From Yuukianura sp. NJ FZ-2021 (taxonomy: Eukaryota), in the NCBI GenBank assembly GCA_046563655.1, contig CM102290.1, forward strand, positions 2,170,001 through 2,234,000: a stretch of 64,000 nt of DNA, given 5' to 3'. The notes under the pieces are model-generated. The model did no database searches, was not told the origin of the DNA, and saw nothing but the letters and a program-made list of their open reading frames with translations. The first letter of the stretch is position 1; each line of letters starts with the position of its first letter. The position numbers and the translations under genes were made by a program. Shown piece after piece: positions 24,001-38,096 of this stretch.

Positions 24001-27000
24001 ACTTTAACATTGGGTTTTCTAACCTCAAAAATAAGACAAATAATATTTTTTTGTGTAGAAAAAAAAATAGAAAATGGCTGCGGGCTAAATTTTTAGTTTT
24101 TACGAGTCATGTGGAAAAAATAACAACGAGGAAAATAGGATTCTGAGTTTTTGCTTGAATTTAATTGGTTTTCAAGAAAAAAAATAGTAGAGAAAGAGCT
24201 GTACGCTTTTTTGTGTTCAAATTGAATGTAACTTGTTCAACTGAGAGAGGAGCAAATTGAATATCTTGAATCCTGTTTAGAACAAGAAAAAGCGAATTGG
24301 TTTTTTCCTTTTTGTATTTTTTTTAAAAGAACGAAAAAATTTAAATGTGTTGTTTTAAAATTTTTGAGCCTCAGAGACTCCTTGTAACATATGAGACTTT
24401 GAATTTTCAATATATTCCGTAACATTTTTGGCGACGAAAATTTTTACGACTTTGATTTCAGGTGAGTAGAATTCTGAAATTAAATATTTTGAAATATTTC
24501 AAAAATATTTTATGAAAGTTTGATTTCAAATAACATTACGCCAGACAAATTTAGCCCATTTTTTTTTCATAGTTTTTCCTCGTTGATGGGTTAGTCCCTA
24601 CGACGTCAATTTTAATACTTTGTGCGATGATTTTCGGCAAGTTTTGTTTCTTTTTAACCAAATTTTTAATGAATTTTGAATGGGGTTTCATTTGGGACAC
24701 TATACACTGAAAATTGATTAAAAGTGATGTAAGACACGGAAAGTTTAATTATAAAAACATAGTATTTTTTCCCGGAAAGCAGTACATGGAAAAGAATGAG
24801 GTTTTTGAATCTAGCGAAAGTAATTTTTTAGAAAAAAAAACTTCGTTCAAGTTTTTAAAAAAGAAGACAGGTCGTTTTTGTTCTAAAAATTTTAGAAGGG
24901 CGTTCTTTAGAATTTGGATTTTTTGTTTCGTTTTTATTTTCTTTCTTTTTTTTTGTTTGGATTTTGGCTAATGGTGATAAGGAGGAAATAGAGGTCGTTG
25001 CAGGGAGGTTATTTTGGTGAAAAGCAAACGAGTCTTTTTCTTTACTCTATTCACTTTCCCATTTTCACTTAGGATTGTGATGGGGCCGTTATTCCGTTGC
25101 ATAGAAGAAGAAATTCTATTACTTTTCCCTCTAGCGTCTTATACTCTACGTTTGAAAAATAGCGGGAAAAGTCGTTTCAAAAAACGCTCTACTTTGTGAA
25201 AGTCTTCTTTGGTTAAAAAAAAGTATCCTTAAAAAATGAAAATGCATGCAGGGGTCTTTCAATAGAGAGAAACGGAGAAACTTTAAGGATTTTTTGAGTT
25301 AGTCATTTTTATTTATTACATTTTTTATGTTTAAAAAAAATGAAAATGAATTTTAAAAGTTGCCTGCCAGCCGAATTGATTTTTTTTTGGTTGTGGTGAA
25401 AGTTGAACAAAAAAAAACAGAAGCCAATAAAAATTTCCAGGTTCGTTTAGTTGTTCGCGAATCCTTCAAAGCATCAAAGTAATTTCCCCTTCCTTTCCCT
25501 TCAAAAATAAATTCTTATTTTTAAATAAAATTTGACAAGAAAAAAGATTAGGCTTAGGTTTGTTAGGTGCGTATATCTAAATTTAAATTTCCCGGAAATA
25601 AACTATGAAATTTGGTGCTATTTCACCGACATTGTTTACGTTTTCGAGAGGTTGCCCAGCAACGAATTTCGGGCGTTGACTTTTATGTCCCACGCCATGT
25701 TATGTGCCACACCAAGGTTTTTTGACTGATATCAGTCAGATAACCTTGCCCTGTATAATGAAAGACGATTATAATTTAAGTTCCAAATTTAAAGGTTTTC
25801 TAAACAATGTTTTTTAAAAAAAAAAACTTCGGACGCAGTAGGCTAGATCCTCGATCGGTAAAATCTTCCATTTTTGAATACGTTAGGCTGGATTTGGCGC
25901 AGTGTTACGATAAATCCAGTGTGACCTCAGGGAAAAAAAACGACGCGCAACACTGACTTTCTCTCGTATTTTCTTCAAATCCGTTTTTGCACAGAGAAAC
26001 AACGGAAAGGCTCTCGGCAATTTTTGTTCCATTTTCCGCAGGATTTTGGTGAAAACTTTTTAAGTAAGTAAGTCACCTGGGTTACGCTAAACCTCTGACT
26101 AGCGATATATACTAAACCATTCTACTTGTATTGGGTCACACTAACCCTCTGACTTCAACTTTGTCACCAACAAAAGACTGAAGTAAACCATCGAACCATG
26201 AAACACGTTTTCCTATTTCTGGTTTTGATTTTTGGAACGAAAATTAAACTAAAGGGGAATGTATAGGCAGTGGCTTTTGTGTCTTTTTGTGTACCTGCGT
26301 CGCCTTGAGTTTTGCGTTGACTTGGTTTTTTTGGGGGCAATTTTTGGCAAAATTTTGAAAAATGTTTGAAGTACTTGATGCGGTGGAGATAGGAGAAGGT
26401 CGGTACGGATTTTACCTCTCCGGTTGCTTTTTAGAAGATGATAATCTGTTGTTGAAGTGGCTTTTTGGAATAGGAGGAAGGTGGTTGAGGTTGAATTTTA
26501 TTTTTATGATCCTCAAGAAGATCCTCTCTACTTTCACTCCCATCAAGTAAGCCTCTGCTTACACACACTTTCACAATGGCCAAACACGTCTTTAGCTGTG
26601 ATTAAAATCACATCAAAATTTAAACTCAAAAACCGATTTTTAACAGCCGATTTTCGAGTTTTAGCAGTGTTGTGTGCCTTGTGGCAGCGGAGGACTCTAG
26701 ACAGCATGATTTTTAAAAGTTGTGATTTTTTGCAAAAAAAAAAATATATATATAACAGAAACAGAAAGTTGAAGGCTAAATGAGGTTTTAATCTTCTTGG
26801 AAGTTATTGTTGAAAATTCGGACAGACGGACAAAGTCGTATCAATAGTTTTCTTCAGCATGTCTATTGTGATTAATTGTGATTATAATCGAGTAAAATTG
26901 GAGAGTGAAAATTTTGAAGGGTGGGGTGCTATGGTTTCTCTATGTTTTTTAATTCAAAAAGTGGATTTTTGTCCACGGGTGAGTTACCTGGAAGCAAGGG

Positions 27001-28126
27001 CACAAGAAGGCTAGAGATGGTTTCATTATTTTGATGGTTAGAGGGAAAGCAGAGGGATGGAAGAAGAGGCGTAAGTAAGTAGTTTCAATTTCATTGAGAT
27101 TCGCCTTCTTCTTGTTCTTGCTAATGCCAACGACATTAGGGAAAGTGAATAGGATCCGCCTTGTTCTTCACTGGACCTGATGGGCATGTTGCCAGGAGCG
27201 GGCAATGTGATATTGAAATGGAGACTTTCCTCTCTTCTGTCACGCTGCAGAAAAGTGCTTGAAGAAATGGTGAAAATCTTTGGCCTCACCTACGGCATAA
27301 ACTTTGAAAAGAAAGAGAGAAAGTAGAAGAATTTTTGGGTTCACTTACTACACTTTTTTTAAATTCAAGTGAACTGCATAAGATCGAAACTAAGGTTAGA
27401 CAAGTTTTCGAAATTGATACATTTTTGAGCAGAGGAGTGTTTTTTAGAATTTTTTTTTTCTAGGACAGAGTATATTTTCTTTTGTTGAAGTAGGTTTAGA
27501 GGCGAAGTGAAATTTTCATGTCTCAAAAGTGGTTTTGATTATGGAGTTGGTAGTATTTTGTAACAGATGAAGTTGGAATGCGGGTAGGATGTGCAGTTCA
27601 GGGAAGGGAATGAACTAATTCGGAAGTCCATTGGATCCATGCTATCTGAAATACTACTTATTCCAGAATTTAATGGTGATTGTCCTAATTTCTTACTTCT
27701 CAATCTTACTTCAACTGTAAGCTTTTCAAAAATGTCAAGAGTCTGTGTCAAAATTGAATTTCGGATTTTTGAAATTGGACCCAAGAGAAACACGACATGG
27801 ATGGAACTGCAGTCTCTTTTTTGCTGACGGTTTTCCAATACAAAAGAAATAATCTTCTTTTTTTTTGAAAAATGAAGCCGAAGTTGTTGAATATAATTTA
27901 CAGATTGAATTTTCATTTACGAAGTCACGAAAAGAGGGAAACTGGCCGGTTTAATTTTCTTTTCTGAGGGGTTGCACTTTGTTTTTAGTTAGAGTTAGTT
28001 TCCTTGTGGTGATCAAAGGAGAAAGGCTGGTTTTAACTGAGAAATGGTTGGGTTAGCCTCCAAAGTGAGATAAGGGTTTTGTTCCACTGTGGGAAAAGTA
28101 GAGAGACTCTACAGAGTGAGACTAAG

Positions 28127-28558
28127 GAATAAACCGCATGTACGTAAGTAGCGAAAGAGGCGTTGCAGTTTGACTTGGTACACGTCGAAGAGCCACCGCG
28201 GGAACGCATTGAAGAATCAATGTAAAAAAGGTTAAGAAATAAGTTGACCTTTGAACCGGAAGGTAACCACTTAAGTCACATGATATACACAGAACTTGTT
28301 GATCTTGATGAGATGAATAAGTTTTGTTAGAGGTTATTTTTCATATTACCGGGGGATAAGACCGGATAACCTTGACCCTTGACCCGGAAGGAGTTGACCA
28401 AGCGGATGATATTCAATATTGCACATCCCGGTGTCTAGGTGTTCAATAGTTAAAGCAGATTCCGGAAATGTTGACATTTTTCCGAGATAATTGATGCTGA
28501 TGGATGGACAGACAGACAGACAAGGTCGAAGGATTAAGTAGCTTTCGCTACTTAATAA
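28127..28558 (-). mobile_element. DINE-1/HINE-like non-autonomous Helentron (copy 2)
   Basis: 13-bp subTIRs TAAGTAGCGAAAG (28145) / CTTTCGCTACTTA (to 28554), adjacent partial IR, (GACA)n, TGACC-rich core. Confidence 0.8.
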
Positions 28559-31500
28559 ATTTAAACTAATTTTTCAAGGGAAATGTCAAATGGATTTGGA
28601 AATGGAACACAGTTGGTCTGATTCCTTCCAATCCGTCCTTGTCTTCTTAACACTTTTTGCCCAGATTGACTTTTGCTCAATGTACAAGTCAGCACGCTTC
28701 TGAACAAAACCCCTCTTCAGTCGAAGCGGGAATCGTGGGAATTGATTTTCTGGTTTTGACTTTGGCGGACTTTTGTATGGTGGTGTACTTGTGTACAAAA
28801 ATCCTAAAGTGAAGGGATAGGCAATTATTTAAGAGTCTCGGAAAGCCGCCTTGATAAATTGGGTTGTTGAAGATGCTTGCAGGGAGGGAAAGAGGTTTGG
28901 GGCCATTTTCTCCGGTCGCCGGTTATTTGTGAGACCAAATGAAAACAGGACAGGAGGGAAACCTCACAGGGATTCTCAAAAACCGAAAAAAAGAAAGAAA
29001 CTCTGGGTTTTCCTGTTCTGTTTGATGAAGCAAAGTTTTTGCTTGCTGTTTTCTTTTCATTTTGTGACCAATTGAGAAGCAAAAATTCACTTTGGACTGG
29101 CCGCTTTATGTTTTTGGTTTCGGCCGGAGTTTCGGATTGACCCCCCGACACTGCGAGACAATTGGCCTAGTTTGAATTTTTTGAAATGTTGCGCCACGGT
29201 TTAGCCGGAGACTTCATCACGTGGTACAATGTTCCAGTGTTGATGGGGTAGATGTGAATGAAGTTGGCTAGACTATGTACTTACAAATTATAACCTCAAG
29301 AGCTCCTAATTTTCCTGCTCAAAAAGCGAAGAGGAAAGCGAAAGTTTTTTAATTTCTGGAGCTTTCTCTCTACTTGACTTTCTCTCGAGAAATTTTACAA
29401 GTAGGGGAATTATTGAGAGGCAGAGGCTTACGATTTTCTTCATTGGCAGAACTTTTGTGTCGCCTTGGTTTTAGTGTGTACCAAATTTAGATGCTCTTGA
29501 AAAGTTTTGGAGAATTTGAGAAAATTTAAAACAAGAACCGAACCAAGGAGAACGAAAAGTAATTAGAAATTGTGTTGAAATGGAAGGGAAATTTCCATTA
29601 CGAAATAACAAAAGTTCGGAAAGTTTATAATATAAAAACAGCTAAAAAATTACTTCATGTTTAGTTTTGTTGTTTCAGTGATACTTTTTTGTGTAACCTT
29701 TTTTTGAAACTGAAATCCCAAAGTAAATAGCGTGTGAAGTTCGTGATGCAGGGTTTAAGTGAAAGTGTTGATTCAAGTTTGGTTTAAGGAAAATGTTTTA
29801 CTAGCATTTTTTACACAGTAAAAAACGAGCATTTTTTTTACGAAAACTGAAAAAAGAGAGCTAAGTTCGAGAAATTGCAGTTTTTTTTCAACTGAACTTT
29901 GGAAAAATTGATTCTCTCATTTGTTTCCCGTTTGGTGATTTTTTTTTGTTGAAAAAAGAAAAATCTTGTTTTTCTTGACATGGCACGATTCGACCTTCTA
30001 AACACCCACAGTCACCGCCACGATCCGCATTACATTTTAAGTAAAAAAGAGGAAACTACGTGCTTCTTTTGAAATTTCTAGTCAACACTGTTGGCAGAAA
30101 GAGGGACTGAGACAATAAAAACGAGAGTTAAAAGCAAAACATTTCATTTTGGAAACGGTTGGAAATTTTGAACTTTTGTTTTTCCTCCGTTGCGGTTTCG
30201 GTCCAGGGATTATGACTTGAGAGAACTCATCAAACCATGAAAAAGTTGTACAATTTTTTTTTCCTAAAACACTAGAAAAAAAAGTTAATAGTTTTTATGA
30301 TTTTGGCAGTCTATAGGATTTTTGGTTTGAAATTTTGATTTTTTCGACTTCAACTGAGCTAAAAATGGCACTTCCTTTGTAATTTTGGAGCATTGTTGGT
30401 TTAATTCGATTAGGGAAAGTTGAAAGACATAAATTTTGAACATCGGTGAGACATTTTGGAACAAATGGCTGTGGGAAACGGTGAACTCAAAATATTTGAA
30501 TTTATTAGCTTTGTTTTTACTGCGAAAGAGGTGCTAAATTTTGAAGATTTTGTGCTGGTAGTGGGCCAACGATTTTTTTTTGGCAAAGTGAGGCCGTATG
30601 AGAGACTATCGGTTTGAAATTTCGCGCAAATTTTCAAAGTTTGAAAACTTCCAAAATATTCCTCATTTGGAGGAACATTGGGCTGCCTCACTTTGTTTTG
30701 CAATTAATTTCTCTCACTTCAACTCCAGAAGTTTCGGATTTCCATTTGTGCTAAATCTACTAAAATCTTGTCGTCGGAGAAAGTTGTTCTGGAAAGTTAT
30801 CAAAGATGTAGACTTAGAAAATGTCCCGCTTGAAAATGATTTTAATCATTTTCAAAATAATCGATTATGATAAACATTTGTGATTATTCAAAAATCTATT
30901 CACTTGTCATTCCCTGGAGATAAATCTGAGAATTGAAACAAAAGTTCAATTGAAAGAAGAGGAATTTTTGTAGGAAATAAAATAAGTGCTGGAGAGTGTT
31001 GTTGCAAAAGTAAGACAACTTCGATCGTTCTTCCTTTTTCTTGATTTGGTGAACTTCCATTTCAAGTTTTTGGAGTCCCACGGCGACCCTTTGAACTTTC
31101 TGTAACTGAGATGTCGTCTGAACTTTGCCTGAATAAGACAAGAGATGCGTCTGAATCACTTTCTTGTCCTCTTCACTAGACTACCTACGCTTTGGCTATC
31201 TGTCACATCGATGTTCTGACAAAAGTTGATGTTGAGATGGAAATAGATGTGGAGACTTTCGTATGAAATGGAGCAGGATTCCATGGGAAAAAGTTTAGGT
31301 TTTTGGATGCCTCTCGACAATGTTTTGGTGACCTTGACCTTTTGTTTGTTTTTTGGACAAGAAGAAAACTGGACATTCTTGTTCATCTCTAGAATGGAAT
31401 CGATTGTTGTTTTTGACTATCTCAGAGTCACGTGCTTATTCAGAACTTGTTTTACGCAGGCGCATTATGTTTCAAGTGGCACGCTGGTTATTGAAAAAAA

Positions 31501-31603
31501 AAACTAAAAAGAATGATGAATGAAGGAAAGCACAATGGGCTCGTTTTGTTCAAAATGGCCAACACATTTGTCGCATCTTTGAGTAGGAAGGAAAGAGTAG
31601 GAG

Positions 31604-31994
31604 CACGCCATTGTGTCATTTCAATTGTATCAACTGAATTGTGTCAACTGCTCAATTATGTAAATGGCTAATTGTGTCAACATTCGAATTGCTTCATTGA
31701 GCTTAAATTAGGATTGGCTCGGTTCGTTGACACAAGTATTCGTTGGTACAGCTGAACTGTGAGGTTCAGGGGCTCACATTGACTCGATAGCGGGGTGAAA
31801 GATTGTGTGGAAAAATATTGGAAACCGAGTGGGATTCGAACTCACGCCTTTTTTATCCGGGAAGGGTTCTAACCCTTAAGCTATTCGGTCCATCCTCCAT
31901 TATCTCTAGGACTGTTCTCAAACGCCACAGAAGGTCGATACAATCCCAGTTGATGCAATGGCAGTTGATACAATTCAATTGACTTAATGGCATG
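31604..31994. mobile_element. MITE with CAATTG/TCAACTG-rich TIRs (copy 1), interrupted by a tRNA-like insert
   Basis: CACGCCATTGTGTCATTTCAATTGTATCAACTG...CAGTTGATACAATTCAATTGACTTAATGGCATG; homologous to 51410-51597. Confidence 0.75.
31752..31891 (-). repeat. tRNA-derived repeat (SINE-like or pseudo-tRNA), copy 1
   Basis: Minus strand A-box TAGCTTAAGGGTTAGA, B-box GAGTTCGAATCCC, T-run, then ATGTGAGCCCCTGAACCTCACAGTTCAG shared with copy 2. Confidence 0.7.
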
Positions 31995-33562
31995 GAACGG
32001 AGAGAGCAAAGTGGCAGTGGCGGTATTCGGATTGCGTTATTTCTGCTTCTGCGACTCAGGTTTTCATTGATTGAGATGGGTACAGTTGGAGGATAATTGG
32101 GAAGCTGACTGGGGACTTTCTCTAACATAACCTTATGTATTGCAACTGACTTTCTCCCATATATTGATATGTTGTTCTATACGAGGCTACAGCAGAAGCC
32201 CCTACTTACCACTCCCTATGTATTCACGACTTACTCTGGAATGTGAAAGGAACTACAGTGGAGTATCCGACAATCCGACGAAAGGACAATGAAAGAGCAG
32301 AAGAGCTGGAGAGAGATTCATTTCCTTCCTTTTCCTCCGTCCTGGATCTTAGGTCGAGTAGGATTTGAATTCCATTGAATGTGACCTAATTCTTTGACGG
32401 TGCGAGGATGACAAATCTTTTTCTACTCTTCTTCTCTGTCATCCAATCTCCCTAGTAGTCTACAAAAGTTACTCTATGGTCCGTATTGTAAAGGTTAGAT
32501 ACCACGTCTACTGTTGGTTCAAGTTCAGAACCTTGGAACATTTTTAAAACGTGGGACACATGATGAACCACTTTGATTTTCGAAAACTTGATTCCGCCTG
32601 CAGGCCAAGGTTGTTGTGCCATTCGGTTGCTCCGTGTCACACTTCAAAGTCGGGCATTATTGACATTTTCTTGGAAGAGACTAGTGGAGTTGAGCCTTGC
32701 ACATGCTTTATTGGATTGGGCATGTGAGGCGAGCGGGAAATTTTGAAATTTGAAATTAATTTGTATTTGAGAGGCTTTTGAAGTGATTTTGTTGAGTTGT
32801 GATTAACAATTAGGAAGCCCTTTGTTTCTTAAGATTGTGTGGATTGGCAACCCTTGGAGAAAGCAGAGCAAAGGGAAGGTGAGAGAGGTTGCTTGAGTGG
32901 GGGAAATGAGCGAGATGTCGTGTGGCCTGATACTCCGGGAATAATGTCTCCCCTTACCCCCCATGGGGGTGGGGGTGAGGGATAGAGATTCTTGGAAAGT
33001 TTTGGTAAAAAGTGGCAGTAATGAAGAGGGAGACCGATGGAAGTAATTGTCAATGAATAAATTTAATTAATCTGAAAGTTAGGCAAGAGGCTGCGGAGAA
33101 AGGAGAAAGTTTTGGAGAGAGAGAAACAGTGTTAATGGGTTATTAAATAAGAGACTCCGCCTCTAAATTATTCCTCGGAGAGCTATAACAAACAACCTCA
33201 TCATTCTTTTTCTAAACTTATTCTAACTCTTTGGAAAAACAAACAGAAAAAAATAGATTTTCAAAAACTAGCTGCCTTTAACATAATTCAGGTGTTTTTT
33301 TTTTTACAAAAAAAAAAGTTCGTATAGAATTTAAAATTATTGACGAAGGAAACTGCGAAAGGGATTTTGAAGTTTGAAACGTTACCTGTTTTTTATTTTG
33401 CATTTTTTTGCTAGATTAGTGTCACGGTGAACTACTAGGAATTTGGTGATTAGTGTTGAAATATGTAGGATGAAAATTTCTTAAGCTAATTTCCCGTATC
33501 TCGAAAGGAATTTAGCGTCTTACATTGCATGAGTCGTGTTGGTGGGTGTTCATTACATGCTG

Positions 33563-33994
33563 TTATTAAGTAGCTAAAGCTACTTTACGGATCAACCTTG
33601 TCTGTCTGTCCGCCCGCCACCAATTATCTCGGATGCGATTGATCATTCCTGGGATCCGTTTTCATTATTGAACACTTACAGTGACCTTGGGATGTTCAAT
33701 GTTGAATATCATCCCGGGTCAAAGTTCAAGGTCAACATGTTTTATCCCCGGTAACACGGGAAATGACCTCTGCAAAAGTTGTTCAGCTCATCGCTCAACA
33801 ACTTTTGTGTATATCATCATCATGTGACTCTAAGTTACTTCTTCCGGGTCAAAGGTCAGCTTTATCCTTTTTCCCGTTCATAAATAGGGTCCATTATGGG
33901 ATACTACTAGACATGGTGTCCCCCCAAGGTTTTTCGATTGAGAAATTAGACTTCCGCTACTTTCGTACACTCCGGGTTGCAACCGGATTTATTT
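33563..33994 (+). mobile_element. DINE-1/HINE-like non-autonomous Helentron (copy 3)
   Basis: TTATTAAGTAGCTAAAGCTACTTT, (GTCT)n, 3' subTIR CTTCCGCTACTT, terminal hairpin TCCGG-GTTGCAA-CCGGA then TTTATTT. Confidence 0.8.
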
Positions 33995-36900
33995 GCTTTA
34001 GGAAACGGATTTTTCTGTTTGCAAATTTACTTTTCCCGCATCTTTTCTTTCTTCCTGGAAGGCTATAAGTGGAACATGCTTTTTCTTGAAGCTGAAAAAA
34101 CGTTCTGGAATGGGATTTTAGGAGTATCAGGTTTTCCACCAAGTTGTACTTTTGTAATTCTGTTGTTTTTATGGCGCCACATATTAGGCGCCATTTTTTA
34201 TTTTATAGTGACTACCTTTTTAATTTTAGTTTTTATTGTTCTTGTTTTTGGTACTTGTGAAAAAGTTATTCTAAATTTCTCGTTTACCCTTGGCGGACAT
34301 TTGAGGCAGAATTTTGAGTCTGAAAATGTTTAAACGGGGATTTTTTTCTTTGGAGGAATTTTTTTTTACAAAATACGAAAAAAAAATGTTTGAATAACGA
34401 GGTAAAAAATTGGTGATGAAACTTGAGTTTAGATGAGGATTTTGATGAGGAGTGAAAGCGGTGAAAAATTGAATTTGAATGTTTCGTAATAAAAATTTGA
34501 CGTTTTTAGGTTGCAAACTTTTTGAAAACGGAAGAAGGGTTTTGTACATTTGACGAACTGATTTTTTTCCATCAACTGAATGTCATACATAAAAAAAATC
34601 AGTTTGTTGATGGAAAGTTTTTATGAAAGGAAAAGTTGTGAAACTAGAGCAGATTTTTATTTGTAACTAAAAGTTGCGTCTTTTAGAGTTTGTTCTGATG
34701 AATCAAATTTTCTGTTTTGATGCTCTTTCAAAGGTTTCCTTTTTAGAATCAGTTTCAATCGCTTCACTTTTTTTCAGTTTGTGAGTCTTTTTTTAGTTCT
34801 GAATTTGTAGCAACAGAGTTTTTTTTTGTGTAAGCTTTTCAATTGGGTCCGTAGACGCTGGAATTTTGTTTTTGATTCGAATTTGGACAGAGGAAAGGAG
34901 GTGACAGTGTGAGTGTCATGCAGAATGTAATCAGGAAGGTATAAGCAGAGAGTCCAGTCAGAGAGTGTCAAGTGAGGTGTCAAGTCCTTTGTAGTAGCAC
35001 AAAGTAAACAGAGTTGCCCAGCACTGGAAGTAATGAACGCCCTGTCATAAAAGAAAGGTCACATCAAATCCATTTCACTTTTTACACTTGAGGCACGTCA
35101 ACTTTTTTTTAGAATCCGAAATCTGGTTTCTGTTTACTTTTTTGAGCTGCTCAGCAAAAAAAAATGCGAAATGAGAAAAGCAGAGAATTGGCAAAAAAAA
35201 ATCAAACGGTGGAATGCTCAAGAGTCTAAAGAAATTCATCATTTTGTGAAAGATATTTTTTAAGTAAAAGTTTTTTTTTTGCTGTTAGTCGAGCAGAAGA
35301 AAATTTTAAGATTTTTTTTTTGTAAGGTTGTGAGCTCTTTTGTTAAGTATTCTAATAATTGGCGGGATTTTAGAATAAATGTGTTCAGGCGAAGGTCATT
35401 TGTCACATGAGTCGAGTGGAAGATTTATGAGTCATTTGTTAGGGGGTCTTTTGGGTGGATGGCGTGCCCCACCCACCAGGTTGTTGGTTAAAGTTAGGCT
35501 ATGCTGGAAGAAGATTGGTTTCGTAATTAACGCTTTTCTGGAAGTCCTTATTCGTGTTTTTTTCCTGGAACGTTTTTTGAAGCTGGAGCACGTCGTCCAA
35601 TCATTATTCTTTTCAGTTTCCTCATTTCTCGCCGGGAGAATTTAAGAACTTCGGAGGCGCCATTCTGAAGAGATACAAATAGGCACATCTTTTTTTCGGG
35701 AAAGAAAGATACGTTCAGATATGGGCTTCGTTTAGTGTCTAATTCAGAATTTTCTGCCAGTTTCAAATGAAACTTTCTTCATCATTCTCTCAGCATGTCG
35801 CGCCTTTTCCGTAAACGACCAACGGAAAGCTTTTCCCAACGTTCATTTTCTACCTTACATCAATGAAGAAGGAAGGAAATGATGGTGATCCTTCTTCTGG
35901 GTGCCGGTGGAAGGACAGCGGTAGAAAATACAGCAAATGTTCTCAGTAGGAGACTAAAAGTTTGAATGTTGGCGGGTTTGGTTTGAATGTCTATGGAAAT
36001 TCAAGAGGCTCCTATTGGAACGTCTGTGGTGTAGTACAAATTGGAAAGAAAAGTGCAACCGCGACGATAATCCCATCTTTCCCCATAAGGTTTTCTCCCT
36101 TAAACTTCTTCCTTTGGCAAAGTGCCCATTTTGGAATTTGTACTTTGGAAAAACTTAGGTTTAACCGCCAAATCCGAAATGTAAATTTTGAAGAAAAACG
36201 GTGTGCTAGAATGATAAAATGGAGACATAAAACTTTCAAATTTGAGTCACCTTTTTCCGGTCGTTAGAAACCTGCAGTGATCTTTAGAGAATGACAATTT
36301 CATTTGGTGAATTTGAAGTTTTCGATGAAACAAAAGTTTGAAGAAAGCTTTTTTAAGCAACAGAGTTCTGTTTGTTTTGGGTTTTAATTTAAAAAAATTT
36401 TGCATTTTGAGTTTTTAATTTTTTTTTGAAACGTTATTATGATATGACCATTTTGCAACATTTCCAAATAATGACTTGAATCCCTATGCCAAAAAAAAAT
36501 CTTTTGGGGGGAAATGGTGCGTGTAAATTTTTACTATTATGAAGGAAAACCGATTTATCTCGGATGAGTAATTTTTTGCAGCTTGATTTTAGTATAAAGG
36601 GAACTAGATTTAGTAAAAAAAAGCTCTTTTTGCAGTAGTGTGAAGTTGAGTACCATATTTCGAATTTAAAGTTTGGCGCGGCGGGTTTTTTGGTTGAAGC
36701 GTTGGGTTGATGAGGTCGTTTGTACTGGTATTGCGGACATTTTAAGCTAACGTTTACTGAGATATTGACTTTTGGAACTGGGCAGGAGACGCTTTTTTTG
36801 GCGTACTCTCCTCAAAGTGACTTTTCAACCGAAACCGCGGGAAACTGCAGTAGTGGCCAATTTTGAATTTTCCCGAGAAACGGATACAGAAATGTCCGCA

Positions 36901-38096
36901 ATAATGCGAATTTATCTTATGATTTTGTTTTATCATTGCGTCGTCCTTTTCCGATTTTTCTTCTTAACTAGTACAGTGTGTATTCTTTTCTTAGAATTTT
37001 AAAAAAAATCATTGTGTACCTTTTTTTCTTGTTTTTTTTTTTAACCATTTCTGAATTTCTTTTAAATCACTTTGTACATTTATTTTGAATTCTTTTTAAC
37101 TTTTTGTTGAACGCCGCATGTACTCTTTGCTATATTTTTTCAGCCAGTTTATACATTTTTTGTGTGAATTTTTTGATCCACATTGCACATTCTTTTGTGA
37201 GTTTTTTTTCGATATGGTGGCGGAGAAAGTCAAAGCTCAACACGTCCGCTTTTCTTCTCGGTCCCTTGAAGCGGCCGACCACGTTCAAAACATGACACGA
37301 CTTTGTGACCGCACTCAAAGCGCCCACAAGAACTTCCCAAAAGAGAAAGTTCACTTTTGACATTGGAGGTGGGTGGGTGGGGGTGCGGAGTGCGATTGAT
37401 AATTTAAAGGCTCCTTTCATGTCAACGGTTTGTGGTGGACTTGGGGGATAGACGGAGAAACCTAATTGGGTTCGTGTGCTAGCCTACTTTTATGGAGTGT
37501 TTGTGTTATGGGAGACTTGAAAAGAGGCAGGGGAAAACACTGGGAATTACTAATGTTGGAATCAAATTGGATTCAGCATGGTAAAGATGGGATTAGAAGT
37601 GCAGAAATAGAAGGCGCGTGTGTCTCGTGGGACAGTTTGGGTTTAAGTGCGCTCTGACACTGTCCGTGTGGCTCCATTTTTACTACCACTAACCTAACTT
37701 TAGCTGGAAAAACTGACTGAGGTGGACAGGCCATTCGGTCGAACCTGCAATGTGAATTTAAAGAGAATTTGTGATTTGCAGTACAGTACGATTAGTTATG
37801 TATGACATGCTGCTAGTGATTAGATTTTTCTGGAAAGGTTAAGGTGTTCGGTGATGTTTAGCAGAAGTAGGAAAAAAAAATTGTTGAGTGGAGAATATTT
37901 GGTTAGATTTTGTTTTGGACTTTTAGATTTTTGTAGATTTTTAGAGTTGTACAAGAAGTTTTTTTTCTCGAAATTTTTCCTTGATAGTACAAGAATGGAG
38001 GTGCGTCTTTTGACTTTTGGCGACAGTCCCACTGCCAATAGCCAAGGATGGAGTGCTTGTTATTGTTAGACTACCGATCCCAAACTGTGTGATTAG

